64,000 nt of DNA from a bacterium. Lineage in GTDB: Bacteria; Patescibacteriota; Saccharimonadia; Saccharimonadales; SZUA-47. Both the position numbers and the translations under genes were made by a program. Under the pieces are notes generated by a model. That model saw only the letters and a program-made list of their open reading frames with translations, was not told the DNA's origin and did no database searches. Shown here piece by piece: positions 53,742 to 62,515 of this stretch (position 1 is its first letter; every line of letters starts with the position of its first letter). Location: NCBI GenBank assembly GCA_030428125.1, contig JAUIBF010000002.1, positions 143,910 to 207,909 of the forward strand. Direction: 5' to 3'.

Positions 53742-54557
53742 GTGAAACAATTAAAATTTGAACATCAATTCGCTTCAGATATAAAACAAGGTGAAAAAAC
53801 TGCCACATTTCGTGTCAATGACGACAAAGACATTAAGCCAGGGGATATTGTTGAGCTTGTAGATAAAGTTTCACACGATTATCCGTCAACTTGGGAAATA
53901 CCAGGTGAGCTTGAAATAACAGAGGTAAGTCAAGTATCAATTGGCAACTTAAATAAGGAACATATGCTGCGAGCAGAGTCATTTGATGACGTCGATCAAA
54001 TGGTGCAGACATTCCGACGCTTTTATGGCGAACACGTCAGCAATGAAACTTTGGTTAACGTTTTAAACTTTACATATCGACCATTTGAAGTACCCAAGAA
54101 GTTCTTAGAGCAGGTAACAACAGACGATCAAATTCCACAAAAAGTTCAGCTGTTTGCAGATGGTGGATCAAGAGGAAATCCTGGTCCTTCAGCTTTGGGT
54201 TTTGTAGTTTTGGACGAGGACAATAACTTACTACATCAGGATAACAAGTACCTGGGGTTAACAACTAACAACCAGGCAGAATACCACGCAGTTCTAGCAG
54301 GAATGGAGTGGTGCCTGTCTAAAAATGTGCGAGAGATAAAAATATTTCTTGATAGCATGCTGGTTGTAAATCAGATGAACGGTAAGTTTAAAGTCAAAAA
54401 CCGAGACCTTTGGACCTTATACGAATCGGCCAAAGATCTAAGTAAAAAGTTTCGCAAAGCAACAGTTACTCATGTGCCTAGAGAAATGAATAAACTAGCC
54501 GACAAAGAAGTTAACAAAGCCCTGGATGCCATAAAGGGGGCCGATATTGTACAATAG
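53742..54557 (+). CDS. ASCH domain - ribonuclease HI fusion protein (GTG start)
   Basis: N-terminal ASCH-like segment (FASDIKQGEKTATFR). C-terminal RNase H DEDD residues in LFADGGSRGNPGP, NNQAEYHAV, FLDSMLVVNQ, MNKLADKE. Confidence 0.75.
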   Translation: MKQLKFEHQFASDIKQGEKTATFRVNDDKDIKPGDIVELVDKVSHDYPSTWEIPGELEITEVSQVSIGNLNKEHMLRAESFDDVDQMVQTFRRFYGEHVSNETLVNVLNFTYRPFEVPKKFLEQVTTDDQIPQKVQLFADGGSRGNPGPSALGFVVLDEDNNLLHQDNKYLGLTTNNQAEYHAVLAGMEWCLSKNVREIKIFLDSMLVVNQMNGKFKVKNRDLWTLYESAKDLSKKFRKATVTHVPREMNKLADKEVNKALDAIKGADIVQ

Positions 54558-54565
54558 AGTTGTCC

Positions 54566-54906
54566 TAGTCATACACGGTCAATCGCCAAGTTTACTTGGA
54601 GGAAAGTCCGGGCAGCATCGGTCAAGACAGTTGCTAACGGCAACCGAGAGTAATCTCAGGGAAAGTGCCACAGAAACGAAACACCCAATTTTCGGGGATA
54701 GATGAAAAGAGTGGGGTAAGAGCCCACAACTTCTCACGGTGACGTGGGAGGGTAGGTAAACCCTGTCTGCTGCAAGGAGGTAATTTATCGCTTACTAGCG
54801 ATCCGCTGACCACTGTTTGCCGCTTAAATCCGCTCGAACTGCTGAGCAATCAGTAGTCTAGATAGATGATTGACGATAACAGAACCCGGCTTATAGTGCA
54901 TGATTT
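54566..54906 (+). ncRNA. rnpB: RNase P RNA, bacterial type A
   Basis: Universally conserved GGAGGAAAGTCCGGGC (P4 5' strand) and ACAGAACCCGGCTTA (P4 3' strand). P1 pairing is TCATACAC/GTGCATGA. Ends are approximate. Confidence 0.85.
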
Positions 54907-54913
54907 GGGCAAT

Positions 54914-54945
54914 TAAAAACACCTCTGATTTAAGAGGTGTTTTTT
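54914..54945. terminator. Bidirectional rho-independent terminator between rnpB and rplT
   Basis: AAAAACACCTCT-GATTTA-AGAGGTGTTTTTT, with A/T runs on both sides. Confidence 0.7.
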
Positions 54946-54960
54946 GTATCGTTTAGAATA

Positions 54961-55302
54961 TTATTTAGCTGCCGATACTACTGCTTTGAAAGCTTCTGGT
55001 TCGTTAACAGCTAGCTCGCTTAAGATTTTTCTATCAACCTTAATGTCTTTTTGCTTCATGCCATTAATCAACTTGCTGTAAGTTGTACCGTTTTCACGAG
55101 CCGCAGCGTTGATACGAGTATTCCATAGTTGTCGGAATGTTCGTTTGCGATTTCGTCGATCGTTGTAGCTGTTCTCTAGTGAACGAACAACAGCTTGCTT
55201 ACCACGACGTACACTTGAACGGTTCGCCAAAGACATGCCTTTAGTTTGTTTTCGAATCTTATTGTGTCGTGCGCGTGCAGTTACGCCTCTTTTTACTCTC
55301 AT
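54961..55302 (-). CDS. rplT: 50S ribosomal protein L20
   Basis: MRVKRGVTARARHNKIRKQTKG... is the L20 signature. Confidence 0.9.
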   Translation of the reverse strand: MRVKRGVTARARHNKIRKQTKGMSLANRSSVRRGKQAVVRSLENSYNDRRNRKRTFRQLWNTRINAAARENGTTYSKLINGMKQKDIKVDRKILSELAVNEPEAFKAVVSAAK

Positions 55303-55499
55303 TATTTAGCTCCTAAGTTTAACTTGGCGTTTTTGGCTTGCTTGCCGGTCAGCTCTTGAACGCCAGCATGTGTTCGCTTACGACTTTTGCTTTTTTTCTC
55401 CAAGAAATGCTTTCCGGTAGCTTTTCTTCTTAAAACTTTACCGTTCTTATTTACTTTGATGCGATCTTTGGTTCCACTATGAGTCTTTAGTTTTGGCAT
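55302..55499 (-). CDS. rpmI: 50S ribosomal protein L35
   Basis: MPKLKTHSGTKDRIKV... is the L35 signature. Overlaps rplT by 1 nt. Confidence 0.9.
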   Translation of the reverse strand: MPKLKTHSGTKDRIKVNKNGKVLRRKATGKHFLEKKSKSRKRTHAGVQELTGKQAKNAKLNLGAK

Positions 55500-56007
55500 T
55501 GTTAGCTCTCCTTATTGTGAAGCTCAGTTGGCGTCCGGCAAATTGTGGTGCTTGGTCGACAGTTGCTTCTTCGTTAAATGATTCGATTATCTTTTCGGCA
55601 AGTTTAAATCCTAAGTCTTTGTGAGCTAGTTCTCGTCCTCTATAACGTAGAACGTATTTCACTTTGTGTCCGTCTTCCAGAAACTCTCGGGCTTTTTTGG
55701 CTTTGACACCTAGGTCGTGATCGCTGATTTTCAGCCCCACTCTTAGCTGCTTAACCTCTTGTGCCTTAGTGTTCTTCTGGTTCCGCTTTGCTTGCTTGGT
55801 CTTCTGGTAGTTGTATTTGCCCCAGTCGATTATTTTTACTACCGGTGGGTCTGCATCAGGAGAAATCTCCACTAAATCCAGCTCGGCATTTTGTGCTGCA
55901 GAAAGCGCTTCGGTTCGACTCATGACCCCTAATTGGTCGCCATGTTCATCGATAACACGTAGCTTCGGCGCCCGAATTTGGTCATTCAGGCGAGTAAATT
56001 TACCTAT
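55477..56007 (-). CDS. infC: Translation initiation factor IF-3 (non-AUG start, ATA or ATT)
   Basis: The conserved N-terminal sequence ...RLNDQIRAPKLRVIDEHGDQLGV lies upstream of the first ATG (55923). The frame is open back to ATA 56007 and ATT 56013, behind AAGGAGAG. Confidence 0.85.
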   Translation of the reverse strand: MGKFTRLNDQIRAPKLRVIDEHGDQLGVMSRTEALSAAQNAELDLVEISPDADPPVVKIIDWGKYNYQKTKQAKRNQKNTKAQEVKQLRVGLKISDHDLGVKAKKAREFLEDGHKVKYVLRYRGRELAHKDLGFKLAEKIIESFNEEATVDQAPQFAGRQLSFTIRRANNAKTKDS

Positions 56008-56089
56008 GGTAATCTCTCCTTATTTTATGAAATTGTTTTATTAATGATAACAGATGTGGACCTCAAATACAAGAGGTAGAGGGCAGATT

Positions 56090-57598
56090 TTACACTGTTG
56101 ATAGTGGCCTGTATTGCAGGGCTTCAGCTACGTGTTCTTTGTTGATAGTATCGCTGTTCTCTAAATCAGCAATGGTCTGAGCTATCTTAATCATTTTCAT
56201 ATAAACACGGGCAGAAATATCCAGTTTCTCAGCAGCGATGTCTAAAAATTCTTTTGCTTCAGGTGAAAGTTTAGTTTTGGTCTTTATGTCTCTGTTGTTG
56301 AGCTGACCATTAAGCTTCTTGCCTTGGCGAGCTGCCTGTTTTTCTTGAGCAGAGATTACACGTTTTTGAATTTCAGAACTTGTCTCTTCGCCCGAATTTT
56401 TCTTTAGCAGATTCTTGTGATTTACGTTGTCGACAGTTACATGTATATCGATCCTGTCGAGTATTGGTCCAGAAAGCTTCTTTTGGTATCTCTGTAGCTC
56501 TATTGGAGCACATGTGCAAGCTTTGGTGCTACCGTAGTATCCACACGGGCAGGGGTTCTTGGTCGCTACAAGCATAAAGCGAGCAGGGTAAGTAATCGTA
56601 TCTTTTGCCCTTGATACTGTTACCTGACCGTCTTCCAGGGGTTGGCGAAGGCTTTCGATAGTATTGCGCCTAAATTCAGGGAACTCGTCCAAGAAAAGAA
56701 CTCCGTTATGAGCGAGCGAAACCTCACCCGGGCGAGGTCGCTGACCTCCGCCAATAACTGAGACATCGCTTGAGCTATGATGTGGTGATCTAAATGGTCG
56801 CGTTTCGATCAAATCTACGACAGAGTCACCCGTTAGGCTATGAAGGTGGGTTATAGAGATAATTTCCTCATTTGAAGGTGGAGTCATTATTCCAGGCAGT
56901 GCTTTAGCCAGCATGCTTTTACCAACTCCTGGCGGACCGTTAAGGAGTAAATTGTGTCCTCCGGCTGCTGCTATCTCCAAGGCACGTTTGGCTCTTGCTT
57001 GTCCAACTACCTCTGAGAAATCCGTTATTTCGCTTACCGAATCAGCTTTCGATCCACTATTTCTACCTACAGACTTAATAAAATATTCGGATGGGTCGCT
57101 TTGAAGTTTCTCGAAAACATCTTTCAAATTGTCACTTGCAAATACTTCTATATCTTCAAGCAAGTTAGCTTGTTTCAGGTTAGATCTAGGGATGATGAAC
57201 TTCTTGTGCCCATTTGCTATCGCACACAGAAGCTTACCGATTATCCCCCTTACTGGTTTAATATTTCCATCTAAGCCTAACTCTCCCATCACCACAACAC
57301 CCCCATCTAGCTTATTCGAGATTAGTTTAGCCTTCTGCAGGATTGATACCGCTACAGGTAGATCATAGTGAGCGCCATCTTTAGGAACGTCCGAAGGAGA
57401 GATGTTGACCGTAATGCGTTTCTTAGGAAGAGGTATAGAGCTGCTGGAGAAGGCAGAGCGTATACGCTCCTTAGATTCATCCAGGCTCTTACCAGCGAAG
57501 CCTACCAGGATAATTGTGGGCAGGCCATTAGACAGGTTTGTTTCTGCGGAAACCATTACACCTTTTCCGCCGTTCTCGTGTACGGAATAAATAGCCAT
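56090..57598 (-). CDS. comM: Mg-chelatase-like ATPase YifB/ComM
   Basis: N-terminal Lon-protease-like domain, Walker A GPPGVGKSM, Walker B LFLDEFPEF, C-terminal ChlI domain. ATG 57598 is preferred over TTG 57643. Confidence 0.85.
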   Translation of the reverse strand: MAIYSVHENGGKGVMVSAETNLSNGLPTIILVGFAGKSLDESKERIRSAFSSSSIPLPKKRITVNISPSDVPKDGAHYDLPVAVSILQKAKLISNKLDGGVVVMGELGLDGNIKPVRGIIGKLLCAIANGHKKFIIPRSNLKQANLLEDIEVFASDNLKDVFEKLQSDPSEYFIKSVGRNSGSKADSVSEITDFSEVVGQARAKRALEIAAAGGHNLLLNGPPGVGKSMLAKALPGIMTPPSNEEIISITHLHSLTGDSVVDLIETRPFRSPHHSSSDVSVIGGGQRPRPGEVSLAHNGVLFLDEFPEFRRNTIESLRQPLEDGQVTVSRAKDTITYPARFMLVATKNPCPCGYYGSTKACTCAPIELQRYQKKLSGPILDRIDIHVTVDNVNHKNLLKKNSGEETSSEIQKRVISAQEKQAARQGKKLNGQLNNRDIKTKTKLSPEAKEFLDIAAEKLDISARVYMKMIKIAQTIADLENSDTINKEHVAEALQYRPLSTV

Positions 57599-58350
57599 AG
57601 ATACTTTAACTGTAAAGTCGAATTGCCATAAAAGCAATAACAATAATTTTCTTTGCTAAATAAAGAACAACGACCTGCGAGAAGTCGTTGTTACAGATAC
57701 GTTTTTGTTTTTGAGCACTTTTTTTATTCAAAAGTACTGACTTAAAGATACTGGGATATTACGCTTATGTCAACACTTTTTTGGTAGTTTTTCTAAGTAT
57801 TTTTTACCCACGCAATAACTTAGCGTGATACTAAAAAAGTAAACACTAAATACAGCGTAGAAAATAAGTAATTCAAATAATAAAAAGGGAATAGGGTGAT
57901 GTTAGTAGTAATTATATCAACTTTGATTTTAGGCTAAGTTTAAATTGTGCAACACAACATCGTCGAAGTGTTTTTGTGCTTCTAAGATCACACGAAAGCT
58001 TAAAGTTCTCCCCAGGTCATCGTTTAGCAATCCCTAATACCCCAACACTTTAGTTACCGAGTGGTTTGCCATCCAAGCCAACCGTTAGTTTAGGTATTTA
58101 ATTTATGCATGTTTTTAGGGTCGATTAAGGGAAAAGTGCAAAATATTTATCGATATAGTCGTTGTAGATTTGTATTTTTTGTCAACCTAAAAAGCATTAC
58201 GTAATATGCCCAAGGTAAGTTATAGTTACATAGATTATTTAGAAAGCATGTTGTAAATATAAAGTAGTATGCTTTTTATATTTCTACCATATTTAGTTAA
58301 TCTAACCTATTAGAGTTATTTCTACATCAATTTTATAAACATAAAAACTA

Positions 58351-58379
58351 TTGACTTTTTATAACGGTTGTGCTAAATT
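58351..58379 (+). promoter_or_regulatory. Strong sigma70-like promoter in the ORF-free region
   Basis: TTGACT (58351-58356), 17-nt spacer, TGcTAAATT extended -10 (hexamer 58374-58379). Confidence 0.5.
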
Positions 58380-58385
58380 TTACTC

Positions 58386-58582
58386 ATGGTTAACAAAAAA
58401 CAAAAACAGCCATAACAAAAAATACGCGTCGCTCATGTAAGCCTAAAGCTTGCGTTGAGCGGTCAGTCATAAAGTCTAAGGACGATAAGCGCTTTACAGT
58501 AATTTATAACGAGCGGATTTGTCGTCCTGGACTTCTCTTTATATTTTTAACTGCACTATTTCTCTTGGTGCAGTTTTTTTAT
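58386..58582 (+). ncRNA. Candidate structured RNA or leader (about 195 nt) ending in a rho-independent terminator
   Basis: Nested hairpins CGCTCA...TGAGCG and AGGACGA...TCGTCCT. Terminator is AACTGCAC-N11-GTGCAGTT + TTTTTTATT (58549-58582). Confidence 0.4.
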
Positions 58583-58666
58583 TCATGAGCAGCTAGGTTC
58601 ATAAAAGATGAGTAAAATAGTTTCAACCGAGTGAATTTATAAGAGTAATGATGTAATCTATTACCT

Positions 58667-59005
58667 ATGAGACAAAAAATTAAACTGTTAATGATGTTTA
58701 TTGCTAGCCTAACGGTATTGGTTTTGTTGTTTATCTTGGTTAACCCAGAAAATAAACCACTCATTCTAATATTTCTACCAGTTCTATTAGTCTGGATTAC
58801 TCTTTACAGCCTTACAAAATTAGCAGTTTTAACTTTTATTAGTAAACCTACCAAGCTCCACACGGTAATCTCGTTCATGTTGACTAGTTTAGTGGTGTTG
58901 ATTTTTTTGCTATCAGGTATAGGGCAGCTGACCCTTACGGATATTGTTTTAGTTGTCCTGCTTGGTTCTGTAAGTGGGTTTTATTTTTATAGGACATGGG
59001 TCTAA
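58667..59005 (+). CDS. Small integral membrane protein (112 aa, 4 TM)
   Basis: ORF with four hydrophobic segments. First gene downstream of the ORF-free region. Confidence 0.45.
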   Translation: MRQKIKLLMMFIASLTVLVLLFILVNPENKPLILIFLPVLLVWITLYSLTKLAVLTFISKPTKLHTVISFMLTSLVVLIFLLSGIGQLTLTDIVLVVLLGSVSGFYFYRTWV

Positions 59006-59042
59006 CAATAAAAGGGTAAAATTGATATAATTAACTCTATAA

Positions 59043-59462
59043 ATGAATCCACAAGAGATACTACCGTCACCAGAGATAGATAGCGTACCAAAATCAGCAG
59101 AATCTGAGAGTGTTAACGCTGAGAACGAAACTGAACAAGCAAAACAAGCAGAGAGAAAAGCTGGTCCATCAACTGGTTTCGGTGCCGTTAGCGCTGTTGC
59201 AGTTGATGATGCTCAATCTCAAGTCCAAGGCGCAGTAGGAGCTAGTTCGGGAGGTGCGGGCACAGGCTCAACAATGCAACTTGGGACTCCAGCTACTGCA
59301 GATGACTTGGACTTGATAGAGAAAGAGTGGGTCAAGAAGGCCAAACATATCGTTGCTACAACGATGGGCGATCCATATACGCAAAATAAACAGATCAATG
59401 AGATGAAGGTGGACTACATTAAAAAGCGTTACAATAAAGACATTAAGTTAAGAAAAGAATAA
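59043..59462 (+). CDS. Hypothetical protein (139 aa; low-complexity acidic N-terminal half, possibly disordered)
   Basis: ORF ends 3 nt before the next gene. No recognisable family. Confidence 0.45.
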   Translation: MNPQEILPSPEIDSVPKSAESESVNAENETEQAKQAERKAGPSTGFGAVSAVAVDDAQSQVQGAVGASSGGAGTGSTMQLGTPATADDLDLIEKEWVKKAKHIVATTMGDPYTQNKQINEMKVDYIKKRYNKDIKLRKE

Positions 59463-59465
59463 ATT

Positions 59466-62400
59466 ATGCCCATATTCTTGGTCGTCGTCGTAATCCTGTT
59501 AATAATCACGCTGTGTATTGGTTTTATTGCCTATTCGCACACCAAGAAAGTTTTTAGAGAGCAAAAGAATTTCGAAAGGGGACTAAAGATGGTCCCGTTG
59601 CTTATTCACTTGCCCCCACAAAGCTCGGATACGGATATTGGTGCTAGAGACGAACGTGATGTTACTGACGAAACTATCTCAAAAGCTCAGACCATGTACA
59701 ATATTATTTCTAGCACAGTTCAAAAGGGTTTTAAGAGTAAGTTCTACGGTCAGCGTCACTTTTCATTTGAAATCGTCGGAGTAAAAGGTTTTGTTTACTT
59801 CTATGCTGCTGTGCCAGTAGCGATGGTAGAAGTTGTTCAGCAAGCCGTGACTAGCGCCTATCCAACCGCAAGATTAGAAGAAGTTGCCGAACACAATATA
59901 TTTAGTCCCGTAGGTAAATCAACAGGAACTATGGGCGGTGAAATGACACTCAAAGAGGATGCCTCTTATCCAATCGCGACATTTCAGGAACTAAAAAGAT
60001 CAACGATGCGCTCGGTCTTAAATGCACTTTCTACTCTAGAAAAGGAAGATGGAGCAGGAATACAAATCTTGCTTAGGCCTGCGGATGCAGTATGGCGAAA
60101 AAACGCGTTAGCCAAAGCTGACAAAAAACGCAAAGGTGAAGACAGCAAGAAAAACAAATCTGCTGTAGCAGGAGGATGGTTTAAAGATTTAGTTTGGGCA
60201 TTAGTGAAGCCTCCTGAGGAAAGGGAGAAGAAATCTGAAGATAAGCAAATCTCTGGTGCAAATTCTCAAATCGTTGATGCCATGGAGGAAAAAGCCAAAC
60301 ATGCAGCATACGAGGTGCAAATTCGTTTAATAGCCTCATCTAATGTTTCGCAGAGAGCACAATCTATATTAAATAGCCTGAAAGCAACCTTTGCGCTTTA
60401 TGATTCCCCAGGCCGAAACGGGTTTAAGTTTACTCCTGCAAAGGATATCGATAGTTTCATTACAGCATATATATTGAGGTTCTTCCCGCCAGAGAATAAC
60501 AAAATGGTTCTAAATGCTGTCGAGATGTCGACCTTGTTCCATTTTCCGTCTCAAGACAGTATCCCGACCACACAGCTCGAGCGTCAGGCATCTAAGCAGG
60601 TAGATGGTCCTAGGAACATTCCTGATGACGGCTTATTGTTAGGATATAACGTATTTCGTGGCTCCAAAAAGAAAATTAATCTCGACATTAATGATCGCAG
60701 AAGACATCTATATCTTGTCGGTCAAACTGGTACAGGTAAGTCTACATTCTTAGAAAATATGGCACTTCAAGACATGATAAATGGAGACGGTTTCGCTTTT
60801 ATTGATCCTCACGGTGACGTGGCTGAAAAACTGCTTTCAATGGTGCCTAAAGAGCGTACTGAAGATGTAGTGTATTTCTGTCCAGCAGACATGGAATACC
60901 CACTAGGTTTAAACCTGTTCGAGTTTGATGATGCAGATCAACAAGACTTTTTGATTCAGGAAGCGATCAACATGCTGTACAAGCTTTACGATCCACAGCA
61001 CCAGGGAATAATTGGCCCTCGTTACGAGCATTGGTTTCGTATGGCGTCCAGGACAATCATGGCCGATCCTGCCGGGGCAACCTTCATTGATATACCGAAA
61101 GTATTCACCGACGATGTTTACGCAAAAGACAAACTGAAACACGTTAAAGACCAGGTAGTTTTGGATTTCTGGAACAAAGAAATGGCTAGCACGAGCGATT
61201 ATCACAAGAGTGAAGTATTGGGCTGGTTTGTATCCAAATTTGGTGCCTTCATGGCTAACGAAATGATGCGAAATATCATTGGTCAGACCAAGAGTTCGTT
61301 TAATCTGCGAGAAATTATGGATAACAAAAAAATCTTGCTAGTTAACCTGAGTAAAGGTAGGACAGGCGAACTAAACTCTAAGTTATTGGGTATGATTTTC
61401 GTCATGAAGTTTCAGGCTGCAGCTATGAGCAGAGCAAATATACCCGAGGACGAAAGAACGGACTTTGCATTGTACGTTGATGAGTTCCAGAACTTCTCAA
61501 CTGATTCGTTTGCGACGATTTTGAGTGAGGCCAGGAAGTACCGCCTAAATCTAATTGTCGCCAACCAGTTTACGACACAGCTGACTGACGAAATTCGTGA
61601 TGCTGTATTTGGTAACGTCGGTACTATCGTTAGCTATCGTGTCGGTACGGCAGATGCAGAATTTCTAGCCAAGCAATTTGCACCAGTGTTCGACATTGAT
61701 GACTTGCAGAGAATTCCGAACTACAACACTATCGTTAGGACGTTGATTGACGGTATACCGACACAGCCATTTAGCATGGCTATCTTGCCACCATTGGGTA
61801 ACCCCAATAAGGAACTAGGGGACGCCCTGAAACAGTTGTCCGCGGCAAAACACGGTAAACCACGCGCCGTAGTTGAGAAGGAGATTTTCGAACGAATTAG
61901 TACACCGGGTGGAAACACTTCGGAGCCCAACAAGCCTAACTTTGGACGTAACTTTAGCGCAGGCGCTCAAACCTCGCCCCAACAACCTCAGAAGCCTTCC
62001 ACAGGGTCTTCGTTCCTTGATGATTGGCTAACAAAGAAACAGACTAATAGTTTTAAAGCTCCGAGTTCACCATTCAAAAACCAGCCACAAACTCCTCCTG
62101 CTACTCAATCACTGTCACCACCACCACAAGTAGCAAGCCCTACACAACAGCCAACCACACCCCAAACGCAAACGCAAATAGCTAGCACTCAAACGCCACC
62201 TCATACTATTACGCAGGCACAAAACCAACCTACGCCACAACCACAACAACCACAAAGCCAAGAAACAGACACTGCTCAGAGCCCCCCACAGCCCCTACAG
62301 CCTGCACAACAACCACAAGCAGTATCAGAAGCCGAAACTCCACAAAGTGCTGCCATAGAGGCTCCTAGTACACCGGTTGATAATTCTACCGAACCTATAC

Positions 62401-62510
62401 CTGCTAACGCACCAGAGCCATCACAAGAATCAATTCCTAAACCTCAGCTAGCCGAAGACACACATATATCAACATCAGAACCACAAGATCACACAGTAGA
62501 CTTAAGATAA
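59466..62510 (+). CDS. VirD4/TraD/TraG-like (type IV coupling protein-like) P-loop ATPase with Pro/Gln/Thr-rich tail
   Basis: N-terminal TM, Walker A VGQTGTGKST, FIDPHGD, Walker B ALYVDEFQNF, LIVANQFTTQL. The last ~190 aa are low-complexity and P/Q/T-rich. Confidence 0.65.
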   Translation: MPIFLVVVVILLIITLCIGFIAYSHTKKVFREQKNFERGLKMVPLLIHLPPQSSDTDIGARDERDVTDETISKAQTMYNIISSTVQKGFKSKFYGQRHFSFEIVGVKGFVYFYAAVPVAMVEVVQQAVTSAYPTARLEEVAEHNIFSPVGKSTGTMGGEMTLKEDASYPIATFQELKRSTMRSVLNALSTLEKEDGAGIQILLRPADAVWRKNALAKADKKRKGEDSKKNKSAVAGGWFKDLVWALVKPPEEREKKSEDKQISGANSQIVDAMEEKAKHAAYEVQIRLIASSNVSQRAQSILNSLKATFALYDSPGRNGFKFTPAKDIDSFITAYILRFFPPENNKMVLNAVEMSTLFHFPSQDSIPTTQLERQASKQVDGPRNIPDDGLLLGYNVFRGSKKKINLDINDRRRHLYLVGQTGTGKSTFLENMALQDMINGDGFAFIDPHGDVAEKLLSMVPKERTEDVVYFCPADMEYPLGLNLFEFDDADQQDFLIQEAINMLYKLYDPQHQGIIGPRYEHWFRMASRTIMADPAGATFIDIPKVFTDDVYAKDKLKHVKDQVVLDFWNKEMASTSDYHKSEVLGWFVSKFGAFMANEMMRNIIGQTKSSFNLREIMDNKKILLVNLSKGRTGELNSKLLGMIFVMKFQAAAMSRANIPEDERTDFALYVDEFQNFSTDSFATILSEARKYRLNLIVANQFTTQLTDEIRDAVFGNVGTIVSYRVGTADAEFLAKQFAPVFDIDDLQRIPNYNTIVRTLIDGIPTQPFSMAILPPLGNPNKELGDALKQLSAAKHGKPRAVVEKEIFERISTPGGNTSEPNKPNFGRNFSAGAQTSPQQPQKPSTGSSFLDDWLTKKQTNSFKAPSSPFKNQPQTPPATQSLSPPPQVASPTQQPTTPQTQTQIASTQTPPHTITQAQNQPTPQPQQPQSQETDTAQSPPQPLQPAQQPQAVSEAETPQSAAIEAPSTPVDNSTEPIPANAPEPSQESIPKPQLAEDTHISTSEPQDHTVDLR

Positions 62511-62515
62511 ACTGA

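Noticed and set aside
54634-54849. 71-aa minus-strand ORF.
   Set aside because: It lies entirely within the RNase P RNA gene, whose conserved P4 sequences are present on the + strand.
44530-58582. Assigning the candidate sRNAs (44530-44727, 47186-47380, 58386-58582) to SRP RNA, tmRNA or 6S RNA.
   Set aside because: I could not find the SRP domain IV motif (GGAAGCAGC with a GNAR loop), a tmRNA tRNA-like end or tag ORF, or a convincing 6S central bubble. They are left unclassified pending covariance-model searches.
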